Assembly (NCBI GenBank): GCA_037447605.1
Contig: CM074822.1
Coordinates: 271,492-335,491 of the forward strand
Source: Zygnema circumcarinatum SAG 698-1b
Taxonomy: Eukaryota; Plantae; Zygnematophyceae
Reading direction: 5' to 3'
DNA length: 64,000 nt
A model generated the notes under the pieces. The model had not been told where the DNA came from, made no database searches, and was given only the letters and a program-made list of their open reading frames with translations. Both the position numbers and the translations under genes were made by a program. Of this stretch, positions 1 through 10,411 are shown one piece after another (the first letter of the stretch is position 1; the number at the start of each line of letters is the position of its first letter).

Positions 1-384
1 TGAACTTGGCCTTTCCAGGACCGAACATGCACCTTACGATTGTGAGAAAGCTGCATCAACAGTAAATGAAGTCTGTAGATAAAGTCAGAGTCTAATGTTT
101 TATTACAATACTTTTCGTCGAGCAGAGAAGAACCGCAACTTGAAGGAACTTACAATGCCTGCAAGCATGTAAAGTGGCCTGAGTTCTTCAAAAGCATTTT
201 TGATTCGAAGCTTATTGCTTAGTTCAATTTTATTTCATCACCAGCGACTGACCTCAGAAGCCATGATTCCGAATTCCGTCTGCACAAAATTTTTCTTCAC
301 GTCATCCTGACCCTCAGGTTCTTCCTTTTCCTTATCACCATCAAAATCATCCTCCTTCGCTTTGCGCTTCAATCCTCGCTTCAT
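1..384 (-). CDS. KIWI: PC4-domain RNA polymerase II transcriptional coactivator (KIWI-like), 3' end outside window
   Basis: Exon 384-253 MKRGLKRKAKEDDFDGDKEKEEPEGQDDVKKNFVQTEFGIMASE, GT donor. Exon 50-<1 LSHNRKVHVRSWKGQV after TGCAG acceptor; phases match. Resembles the KIWI/KELP PC4 motif (xSxNRRVxVRxWxGK). Confidence 0.75.
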
Positions 385-710
385 GGCCAGCCCCTGAACT
401 CAGTTGCCAAGAAAATTAGGCCTTCAAAGCCTGAATGGAACGAATGGATGGTTCAATGTCAAGACTCTGCTACCAGATCACAGATACCAAGCAGAAAACT
501 GCTGAAATGAATAGTGCTGCGAGCAACTGCAGGCCTGCTTTCGCCTGGCTTCCATCAAGCAACTGACAGCCTTTCAGTTGCAGGGGGTGGAAACAGAGGA
601 GAGGGAAAAGTATGGCCCTCGTTAAAGTAAACACAGTACAATTTCGTACAGCGACCCCCCCTCGTAAAGTAACTAAAGTGCAATGTGGTACAGTGCACCC
701 CCTATAACTA

Positions 711-915
711 GGGGGAGTCAGACCTTGACCATCGCTTACGAAATTCCCGAATTCCTTATACTAAAAGTCACTTCTTTCGTGTACGAATTCCGATTCGGGA
801 TCCGCGGCTCCGCCGAGTCCAGCCGTACCGAAATGCGTACCTAGCCAATGCTGTGCTCAATTCGCCCGACAGGCTTACGAAATTGATTTGGCGATGGTCA
901 AGGTCTGACTCCCCC
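711..915 (+). mobile_element. MITE, ~205 bp, 25-bp TIRs
   Basis: GGGGGAGTCAGACCTTGACCATCGC at 711-735 and its reverse complement at 891-915. Diverged second copy in opposite orientation at 12016-12214. TSD not clear. Confidence 0.85.
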
Positions 916-993
916 AAATGTAGCAAATGTACAATTTTCTACAATGTACAATAGTACAGCATGACATGCCCTCCTTTTTAGGGTACTGCTAAA

Positions 994-1058
994 TTCACAC
1001 CTTTTTTGTCTAGACTCTAGACACAGACCTTTTTTCGCGGGGCAGATTTTCTACTCCC
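994..1058 (+). repeat. Fragment related to the TIR of the foldback element at 53137-55200
   Basis: CACACCTTTTTTGTCTA..CACAGACCT..TTTCGC.GGGCAG matches 53161-53205. Confidence 0.6.
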
Positions 1059-1104
1059 TTTTTAAAGTAAAATTTGTACAGTACTGCTTTCCATACGGAT
1101 AACT

Positions 1105-4100
1105 GGATAACGCCTGCCCTACGCATGTCAAGAACGCGGAACGCGACAAAAATAAAGTACGGTAATCGGAATGCAGACACCCTTTTTTTGTCGCATACCC
1201 AAGAGAATACAGTACAGTAGCCAGCTAATGTACGAACTGCCGGCCGGCTGTCTGACGGCCGGCCGGCAGTTCGTACACCGTACGGTTCGTGCGCTTGCAC
1301 CCTCCCTTGCTCCCTTGCGGGGCGGGCCCGCCCGTGCGATCGCGCGCCGCCCCCGCCGTACATCGCCCCCGCGCGACACATATGGTCGCGAGAGGCAGTG
1401 GACAAAACGTTCACCTAAAGAGGCTGTAAACTAGACATTTTTAAATATCTAGCTCAATGTGTCACCAGGCAACTCAAACAAGCCTTGTAGACCTTGCTCT
1501 ACAGAATTGTGGCGGTTCTATGCATGAGCGTTTTATAGTGCGCTGTTCTGTTTTTGCGTGCAGTCGCGTTTTGTGGCGTTGTGGGACTACCTTGCACGTG
1601 TAGTTGGCTTGCATGCTCGTTGCGTGGTTGAATCTTGACACGTCTTTCAATGCTTGTAAACAGGTGTGTCGGTAGCTTTGGCCGCTTTTGCTCGTGATTG
1701 GTAACGGGTCGTTGGCGCGTGGTGCAAATTTTTCGCAAGGCTTAGTTGCCTTCATAGGGCTTGTAATAATAACAACAATAATTATAATTATTAGTGTAGT
1801 AAGAGGCCCTTTACCCTTTGCTTTAACTCTTTCTTTCTAATTTTGGTTTTTAACAAGCTTTAAAAGTTTGTTAATGCCTCTTTTATCTTTTTGTAAAACC
1901 CTTTAAAAGCATTAAGATGAAGAAAAAGTTCGACCATTAGTAAGGCAGTATAAGGTATTGGATTGTCGGATCGCCTTTAAAGAGGAGGATCGACCATTAG
2001 CAAAGTGGTGTAAGGTATTGGATCGCCTTTGACATGCAATAGAGGTTGCCTATGTTCCTTAGGTCTGTAAACATGTGTTGTAAAGGTATACGACAGTGAT
2101 ACAAATATAGATGTATAAATATGTATAAATTGTAAAACAAAGGAATAAAACACTCACGGCAATTCTTTGGAGAAAGTTAAGTAGCCTAAAACTCCACTAA
2201 AAATAAAAGAGATGATTACAAGTGATAAATTTGGTATACAACTTTACTCTATCATCTAAACCTTTCCCCTTAATACACAATAAAATATGCTTGAGTTATC
2301 CAACCTCGCACCTTCTTTACTTAGCCTACGCAAGGCATGTTTACACATAACAGACAAGAGAAAGGTAGATCTAAACTAAGCACAAAGCACTATAGAAGCC
2401 TAAGCATTGAAGTGAGTCACAACTTCTCATTTGGCCGCATTCTACCGCTCTAATAATCAACTCAATGTCAGTCGCTCCTCGCTTGCCTTGACGCTTGCCC
2501 TGGTTCTTGCCTTGGCTTTCGTCTTGTGCTCGCTGGCTGTTCGATTTGCATGTTTGTTACTCAGTGAGCTTGAGTGAACTTATGCAACAACATTCTTGCC
2601 ATGTTTCCTAACGTCTTATTTATTCTCTCAGCAGCTCTGAGGAAAATAAGGTGCAGTGAATTCATGCTTCACTCTGAAGGACTTCAAGTAATCTCTAAAT
2701 TGATGAGAGGTATACTCTCCACCATTGTCTGACTTTGAGAGTTTTCAACTTTATCCTTGTCTCCCTCTTATCTTGCAACTGCCACTCCTTGAAGGCATTA
2801 AAAGCTTCTAATTTATTAGTGAGCATTTTTACCCACACTTTTTTTTAGCAGTCATCAAAAAAAGTAATGAAACAATTTGCCTTACTTTTACTTGGGGAAA
2901 CAGAGCCACACAAATCTGTGTGCACAAGTTCCAACTTCTCCTAAGAAATCTGCACTTAAGCTCCTTGACCNNNNNNNNNNGGATAACGCCTGCCCTACGC
3001 ATGTCAAGAACGCGGAACGCGACAAAAATAAAGTACGGTAATCGGAATGCAGACACCCTTTTTTTGTCGCATACCCAAGAGAATACAGTACAGTAGCCAG
3101 CTAATGTACGAACTGCCGGCCGGCTGTCTGACGGCCGGCCGGCAGTTCGTACACCGTACGGTTCGTGCGCTTGCACCCTCCCTTGCTCCCTTGCGGGGCG
3201 GGCCCGCCCGTGCGATCGCGCGCCGCCCCCGCCGTACATCGCCCCCGCGCGACACATATGGTCGCGAGAGGCAGTGGACAAAACGTTCACCTAAAGAGGC
3301 TGTAAACTAGACATTTTTAAATATCTAGCTCAATGTGTCACCAGGCAACTCAAACAAGCCTTGTAGACCTTGCTCTACAGAATTGTGGCGGTTCTATGCA
3401 TGAGCGTTTTATAGTGCGCTGTTCTGTTTTTGCGTGCAGTCGCGTTTTGTGGCGTTGTGGGACTACCTTGCACGTGTAGTTGGCTTGCATGCTCGTTGCG
3501 TGGTTGAATCTTGACACGTCTTTCAATGCTTGTAAACAGGTGTGTCGGTAGCTTTGGCCGCTTTTGCTCGTGATTGGTAACGGGTCGTTGGCGCGTGGTG
3601 CAAATTTTTCGCAAGGCTTAGTTGCCTTCATAGGGCTTGTAATAATAACAACAATAATTATAATTATTAGTGTAGTAAGAGGCCCTTTACCCTTTGCTTT
3701 AACTCTTTCTTTCTAATTTTGGTTTTTAACAAGCTTTAAAAGTTTGTTAATGCCTCTTTTATCTTTTTGTAAAACCCTTTAAAAGCATTAAGATGAAGAA
3801 AAAGTTCGACCATTAGTAAGGCAGTATAAGGTATTGGATTGTCGGATCGCCTTTAAAGAGGAGGATCGACCATTAGCAAAGTGGTGTAAGGTATTGGATC
3901 GCCTTTGACATGCAATAGAGGTTGCCTATGTTCCTTAGGTCTGTAAACATGTGTTGTAGGTATACGACAGTGATACAAATATAGATGTATAAATATGTAT
4001 AAATTGTAAAACAAAGGAATAAAACACTCACGGCAATTCTTTGGAGAAAGTTAAGTAGCCTAAAACTCCACTAAAAATAAAAGAGATGATTACAAGTGAT

Positions 4101-4844
4101 AAATTTGGTATACAACTTTACTCTATCATCTAAACCTTTCCCCTTAATACACAATAAAATATGCTTGAGTTATCCAACCTCGCACCTTCTTTACTTAGCC
4201 TACGCAAGGCATGTTTACACATAACAGACAAGAGAAAGGTAGATCTAAACTAAGCACAAAGCACTATAGAAGCCTAAGCATTGAAGTGAGTCACAACTTC
4301 TCATTTGGCCGCATTCTACCGCTCTAATAATCAACTCAATGTCAGTCGCTCCTCGCTTGCCTTGACGCTTGCCCTGGTTCTTGCCTTGGCTTTCGTCTTG
4401 TGCTCGCTGGCTGTTCGATTTGCATGTTTGTTACTCAGTGAGCTTGAGTGAACTTATGCAACAACATTCTTGCCATGTTTCCTAACGTCTTATTTATTCT
4501 CTCAGCAGCTCTGAGGAAAATAAGGTGCAGTGAATTCATGCTTCACTCTGAAGGACTTCAAGTAATCTCTAAATTGATGAGAGGTATACTCTCCACCATT
4601 GTCTGACTTTGAGAGTTTTCAACTTTATCCTTGTCTCCCTCTTATCTTGCAACTGCCACTCCTTGAAGGCATTAAAAGCTTCTAATTTATTAGTGAGCAT
4701 TTTTACCCACACTTTTTTTTAGCAGTCATCAAAAAAAGTAATGAAACAATTTGCCTTACTTTTACTTGGGGAAACAGAGCCACACAAATCTGTGTGCACA
4801 AGTTCCAACTTCTCCTAAGAAATCTGCACTTAAGCTCCTTGACC
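1105..4844. repeat. Near-identical direct duplication (1105-2970 and 2981-4844) around a 10-N gap; likely unmerged contig overlap
   Basis: Both copies start GGATAACGCCTGCCC and end CTCCTTGACC. The only difference noticed is a 2-bp indel (2081 vs 3958). Copy boundaries coincide with the gap 2971-2980. Confidence 0.9.
2076..2589 (-). mobile_element. Probable solo LTR (repeated at 3952-4463 by the duplication)
   Basis: TGTTG...CAACA termini, flanks ACATG/ACATT (4 of 5 match). Contains the GGAGTTTTAGG..CTTTCTCC motif seen in other LTRs here (2169-2195). Confidence 0.55.
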
Positions 4845-5170
4845 AAATGGTCGCCTATGAGTTTTCCTTTCAATACAGTCTTCGCAAACTTCAGGTCCTT
4901 CTCCCCTTACATCTTCCTATGAGGGGAAGNNNNNNNNNNGTGCACGGTCGGATCCTACGCGCGCGGCGCGGGGTCCGACTGACAGTCCGTCCGTACCAAC
5001 GGTAGCCCGCAACTGTACGGACGAACGTTGAATTCCAAAAGGGGGATCCGGGCCGTGGCCCGGGATCCAATCGCGGGACCAGATTGGTCCCGTGGTGCCG
5101 TTAGCCCGTGATCCTCCTCTACGCTGAGAGGAGGGGGCCTTGGCCGCTGACGTGGGGCCCATAGAGATTA

Positions 5171-5341
5171 TGTGGCGGCCCCACGGGTGAACCAGTTCTC
5201 AAGGTTCGAACCTAGGACCTCCGTCGTCCTATAGGGTGTCTGATGCTCTAACCATTAGGTAAAGCATTGGATGGAAACATAGAGCCACGCCGGGCTCTAA
5301 GTAACCCCTCCCCCTTGGGGTGACTGTAGCGTTTCGCTACA
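5171..5341 (-). mobile_element. Short LTR-like element with tRNA-like A/B boxes, related to the TRIM at 6889
   Basis: Minus strand begins TGTAGCGAAACGCTA (same as TRIM LTR) and ends CACA. A-box-like TACCTAATGGTTAGAGC (5261-5245), then GAGGTCCTAGGTTCGAACC (B box 5212-5203). No matching TSD found. Confidence 0.6.
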
Positions 5342-5344
5342 TTG

Positions 5345-6750
5345 GCAGTATGAAAATGTAGGTGGAACAATTTCTGAGGAGCAACAGATCCATTCAATTT
5401 TTCGATGTTGTGAAAAAAGAGCCATTACAGAAGTTAGTCATATAAAAACACAACAATTGAGTAATGTAGAGTCAGTGAAAGCTATTAAGGGCAATAGAAT
5501 CTTAGTAGAATAATAAGCAGAGGATTCAAAGGTTGTAAGTCATAAGTTTCAAATTAATGAGGCCTTCCACAGTCAAAACAGAGATGCAGATGCAAGCAAA
5601 CAAGTGGAAGCTTATACGGTCAACTACAGAGGCAGAGGTCATGGAGTAAGAGGGGGTGTCTTTCGTGGAGGTTCATTGATTGGAAGAGGACGCACAAGCC
5701 AAGCCCAAAAGGCATCATGTTGCCATCATGTTGTCATGTAGTGAAGAGGGTTATGTGCTATGTGAAAGGGACAATGGATATAAGATTGAAGTTTTAGAGG
5801 ATTGAAGGAGAGCCAAAAGTGGTTGGCTATTGTGATTCAGATTGGGGAGGCTGTGTTGATACGGCAAAAGTATCAGCGGTTACATCTTTGTTTGTGCAAG
5901 AGCAGCGATGTCATAGAACAACAAACTTCAAGAATGTGTGGCGTTGAGCAGCGTAAAGGTCGAATATATGGCGGCTTGTCATACAGCAAAAGAAGCTAAG
6001 TGGTTGCAGCTATTGTTTGCAGAATTGAAGGAGCTATAGCCTAAACTTTTGATGTGGAGTTATAGTCAGAGTTGCATTGCATTAGTGAAAAATCCCGTGT
6101 ATCATAAAAGAACAAAGCATATAGATCTAAAGTATCATTTTATTCGTGAGTTAGTGACTAAGAAAGAAATAAAGCTAAAGTATGTTCACACCACATAGCA
6201 AGCAACTGATATAATGACTAAGGCAAGGATAGGACCAATGATTGATAGATGTTGCAAACTTGTAGGATTGATTAGTGCTTGAGTTGTCCAACCCTTGCAT
6301 CAAGAAGGGGAATTGTGATAGATGATGATGCTGCGGGTTGTACGGTCATTGTATGGACTGTTGTACGGACTGTTACACAAACATGTATACAAAAAATGTA
6401 CGGACGAAAAAGGACCATGTGTATGAGAGGATTCAAGAAGGTCTGTGCAGGAAAAGAAGCGTCAAGCAAAGCGTCGCAAGTGTATGAGCTTCAGGAAATA
6501 GGATTTAGAAAAGAATGTTCTAGTTGCATTGATAGTGAGTAGAAAAGAAGCGTTGTGCAGAAGCAAAGCAACAAAGGAAGAGAGAAGAAAGGATGGAGTG
6601 AATTTGTATTGAGGCTCTTGATGAAATAAAGAGTATTTATGAGTTATGTGCTAATCTTGTGAGACCATGTATTTTGTGTAAATGCATCAAGCTTGAATGT
6701 GTTATCTTCCTTCACACCTCCAAGTCTAGTCCTTCGACTATCTGCTCATC
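5345..6750 (+). mobile_element. Decayed, internally deleted Ty1/copia: RT end/RNase H remnant, PPT and start of 3' LTR
   Basis: Frameshifted translations YVKGT..VGYCDSDWGG..LQECVALSSVKVEYMAAC (5750-6030) and KNPVYHKRTKHIDLKYHFIRE..DIMTKA (6085-6225) are copia RT/RNaseH motifs with stops. PPT AAGAAGGGGAA at 6302-6312, LTR start TG at 6314. Right boundary approximate. Confidence 0.85.
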
Positions 6751-6888
6751 TAGAAAACGTACTTGATAGAGAAATTTGGAGGGCGTCTACTTTCACGATC
6801 AGTAAATCGATGTTTAAAAGACATGCCACCTTCACGAAAGGACATGTTGATTTTGCAAACACTTTGAACAAGATTTATAAACATAAAC

Positions 6889-7336
6889 TGTAGCGAAACG
6901 CTATACATGGGTTGTATGGCCGAATACTTACATCCGCGGTTGCCTTTTAATGGTAAAGCACTTAGGTGAATACCACGAGGTCCTGAGTTCGAACTCTGCT
7001 GGAGGTAGGGGTTCGTTACATTGGTATCAGAGCCTAAGGACTGGTATTTGCAATCCACCCTAAAAACACCGTGATCTTTGAGCATGGTACGGTTGGCCAG
7101 AGGGTCTGAACCGTATATTTGGGCATGTGTTGAAGGAGCTTGAATGCTGCTCGTGAAAACCCTTGACTGCGCTCGAGGACGAGCCCGGTTTAGGTGGGGA
7201 GGAATGTAGCGAAACGCTATATATGGGTTGTATGGCCAAACACTTACATCTGCGGTTGCCTTTTAATGGTAAAGCACTTAGGTGAATACCAGGAGGTCCT
7301 GAGTTGGAACCCTGTTGGAGGCAGGGGTTCGTTACA
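6889..7336 (+). mobile_element. Complete TRIM (terminal-repeat retrotransposon in miniature), 448 bp
   Basis: 132-bp LTRs 6889-7020 and 7205-7336 (TG..CA, 9 mismatches). PBS TGGTATCAGAGC (tRNA-iMet) 7022-7033. PPT AGGTGGGGAGGAA 7192-7204. Perfect 5-bp TSD TAAAC (6884-6888 / 7337-7341). Non-coding 184-bp interior. Confidence 0.95.
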
Positions 7337-7744
7337 TAAACTCGATATAAAACATTTTTGTAAAGTGGGCCTTGCCCCTCTTTGTCTCTTTACCCTTGCC
7401 TGGCTCTTTGCCCCTCTCCTTTTACCATTGCTTCCTTCTTCGGTCCTTTGACTTCTTCCTTGCTTCCCCCCCCTCTCTAATACAATTGAAAAAAAAAAAA
7501 AAAACAAAAAAAAAAACAAACAAGAGAAACAAATCTTACTCTCACTAGCACGCACTCCTCACTAATGAACGGCCAAGTTACTTACCACGTTGAAGAGCAA
7601 AACAGCCATTTGGAAGTAAAAGAAAACGTACTTAATGGAGAACTATGGAAGTAGGCAAGTGTGACAAAGGTCACGCATTGCCAAACCTACATAGTTGTTG
7701 TAGACTTGAGCAACAATCAACCTTATACTCACATTGAGGGGGTG

Positions 7745-7975
7745 TGTAGCAAACTGAGGCGGTCGGTAGTCAGAGGTATGTTGTTAGCGGGACAAGGAGA
7801 AAAGGTAGGATAGTGTAGACAAATTAGGGAACGTCGCACTGCATACATCTGTTATACTTATTCAACAAAGAAAAGAAGAGTTTTGGGTTGGTGGGGCTTT
7901 CTCTACACTTTCTTCTTATCTTAGTTTATGTGTTGTGTGCATCTAGAGTGTGTTGCTTCAAGCATGCTTGAGACA
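7745..7975 (+). mobile_element. LTR-like fragment
   Basis: Purine tract GAGGGGGTG directly before TGTAGC. Variant of the shared LTR motif at 7878-7903. Ends GACA. Boundaries uncertain. Confidence 0.4.
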
Positions 7976-8049
7976 GGTGGCAAATATGATGCAGCAAGCA
8001 GGAGGATCGAGGGCAATTTTTCAACACTTAAAGGCCAGCAAGGGAAAAA

Positions 8050-9515
8050 ATAGCGAAACTCCTTTATACTTTTATGCTTAGATCCTTTATGACTAGTCGC
8101 TTGTGGTTCCACGTGTTGTTTTTGTCAATGTACATTGATGGCCTCGCCATCATGAGTTCAATGTCATTTTCTCAAAAAACACCAACTAAAATAGTAAAAA
8201 GACTTAAGGATACTTAGAGGATTGTTGGTTTCTTGGTTGTGGTGTATGAATGATGTTTGTGGGCGTGTTGTTGGCACGCACTAGAATCCTCTCATGTTGA
8301 GGCGTTGCTTGGAGTGTTGTGGTGCAATAGCTAGGTTGTGTCGAAAGTGTGAGAATGGCGGGAAAGGGTGAGAGGAGGAGGTAGAGGGAGAGGTCGCGGC
8401 AAAGGAAGGGAGAAAGGAAGCAAGGAGTGATAGAGGATGGGAGATTGTGAGGGAGCGGGAGATTTGGCAGGGAGAGGGAGGAGTAGGAGGGGGATAGAGA
8501 GGCAGAGGCAAGGATGCAGAGTGAGAGGAGGGTGAGAGGCTTAGCTTGTCTTCTTGAATTATTTTGCTTGTCCTTCTTTTTTGTGCAGTGCCCCTCTTTG
8601 AAACATTTATCGCATTAACGAAGTGAAAGTATCAAAAGGGGATAGGCGCACATCCTTCCCAGTGTCACTATGGCCTATTGGTGTGGTGGGGAAATGATGG
8701 CAAGGCCTTGTAAAGAAATAAATGCGATTATTGCAGATGATTTTTTATTAGGGAAAGGAAGAGTCCCAAAGGGCCAACTGTTACGAAATGTTTCGAGGGT
8801 GTGTTTCCTCCTTGTTTATTTTTGGCATGGTCGTCGTCTAAAACATCTTCTGATGTTGATGTTAGGCTTAATTGCTGATGTTAGGCTTAATTGCTGATGT
8901 TAGGCTTAATTGCTGACGTTAGGCTTAATTGCTGATGTTAGGCTTAATTGCGGCATGCGGAACAGCTCTTGGATTGATACAAGACAAGGCCTTTCATGGA
9001 TTTATGCCAAGACACCATTCAATTTGTGCAAGTAGATTTTATTTTTTCACTCTGGGAAGACGACAACTATATGGATAAAAACGACATGAATTGTTTACAA
9101 AAATGCTTGCAACAAAATGCTAAGTAACCTACAAAAAGTAAAAAATGTCTAAGCGCCCAGATCTTGCCGTTTGTTTGATAGAGTGTCAACTTCTTATGCA
9201 ATATAGGGAGCTACATTTTGCAATTTGCAAATGTCGCAACAAAAATTGCGGAGTGAACAAAGGCAACAATTGGGCTCTTCATCTTAATTCACTTTAGTTT
9301 AATTGCACTTTAGGCCATTAGAAAAAGGACGACTTGAATTCTTTTTGAGGGAAGGAAAAAAAGTGGCATTGAACTCACGATGGCGATGAGGCCATCAAAT
9401 GTACATGGACAAAAGCAGCATGGGAAACCACGAGGAACTGGTCGCAAAGGACCTAAGCACAAAAGAAAAAGCGAGGAGTGAAAAACTACGCTTAGGCGCA
9501 ACAATGTAGCCCTCC
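8050..9515. repeat. Dispersed ~110-145 bp repeat, three copies (8050-8159 minus, 9371-9515 plus, 11785-11925 plus)
   Basis: Shared GAACTCA.GATGGCGA..GGCCATCAA.TGTACAT....GGAACCAC....GGA.CTAAGCA. The first two copies are inverted relative to each other and bracket ~1.2 kb. Confidence 0.7.
8857..8951. repeat. Minisatellite, 5 x 19 bp TGATGTTAGGCTTAATTGC
   Basis: Five tandem units read directly, one with a T>C change. Confidence 0.95.
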
Positions 9516-10411
9516 TTAGAAACAGCCATGTTGTTGTTGTTGTTGTTGTTTGTCAGCCAACTGTTTTTGTTTTTTGTTTATTGTGTGCGGTACACATGTC
9601 ACATGTTACAAACACAAACAAGTTAAAAAAAAATATGGGCACTACTTATTTATCCATCACTGTGGCACCAAAGGTCTGCTTGTTGTGCTTTTAGCATATG
9701 CTGTTGTTGTCGGCACAAAAAGACGGGTCATCATCATTCATCGAAGATGGCTATAAAATTTATTATCGCCTTAAGAAAATGGATATAAATGGGGTGTACG
9801 ATTCTTGGAAACATTGCCACATGGCATTTGATGCAGCACATGCTTGCCAACAAGAAGAGAGGGCTTACATGAATAAGACAAAATAATAAGACAAGAATAA
9901 GACAAGCACCTTCCTTGCTTCCTTCCTTCTCCTTCACTCGTCCTGCAATAGAACACGCAAAACGAACTCTATCAAAAAGCAGGACACGCATGCTCATGAC
10001 ATGAATATGGCCATTTTCCGTTAGCCGTTTTCCTGTTGAAAGTTAAGCCGAAGAAGGGAAAGTTGAGACATTGGTTTCTTGGAAACTAACTTATGTAGGT
10101 TCTTTGAGTTTTTTCACAAGTTTCAGCATGAGCACCCGAGAAGCAATCACTTTAACTGTCGCAGGTATTCATGTTTACTGCCGACTCTGCAGGTCCCCCA
10201 TACACAAGGAACAATCCCAGCTCCAAGAAACGAAATTTAAATAACTTAATAGTACTGCCTACATTTTCTTACAGGCTCTCCAAAAACCGTGCATCAATAG
10301 AATGGTCAGGTTGCTTTTCATCACTGAGGAGAGGTTTCAGTTCGTAAGAACTGCTTTCAGAATAGTTGAAACCCTAAAAGAAGGTCCAAACCGGCATTCA
10401 GCAAGCCTTGA

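Noticed and set aside
1010-1755. Overlapping Arg/Ala-rich ORFs (repeated at 2829-3631)
   Set aside because: Arise from a GC-rich repeat island; no protein motif, present in several frames, and duplicated only by the assembly overlap.
1929-2030. Two 33-bp direct repeats 60 bp apart (CGACCATTAG..TAAGGTATTGGAT)
   Set aside because: Only two diverged copies in TE-rich DNA; no evidence of function or array structure.
6940-7000. tRNA gene call inside the TRIM LTR
   Set aside because: No acceptor stem, anticodon arm or terminator could be formed; only promoter-box-like segments are present.
8670-9997. Short ORFs (60-90 aa) as transposase or novel genes
   Set aside because: No recognisable motif or consistent splice structure.
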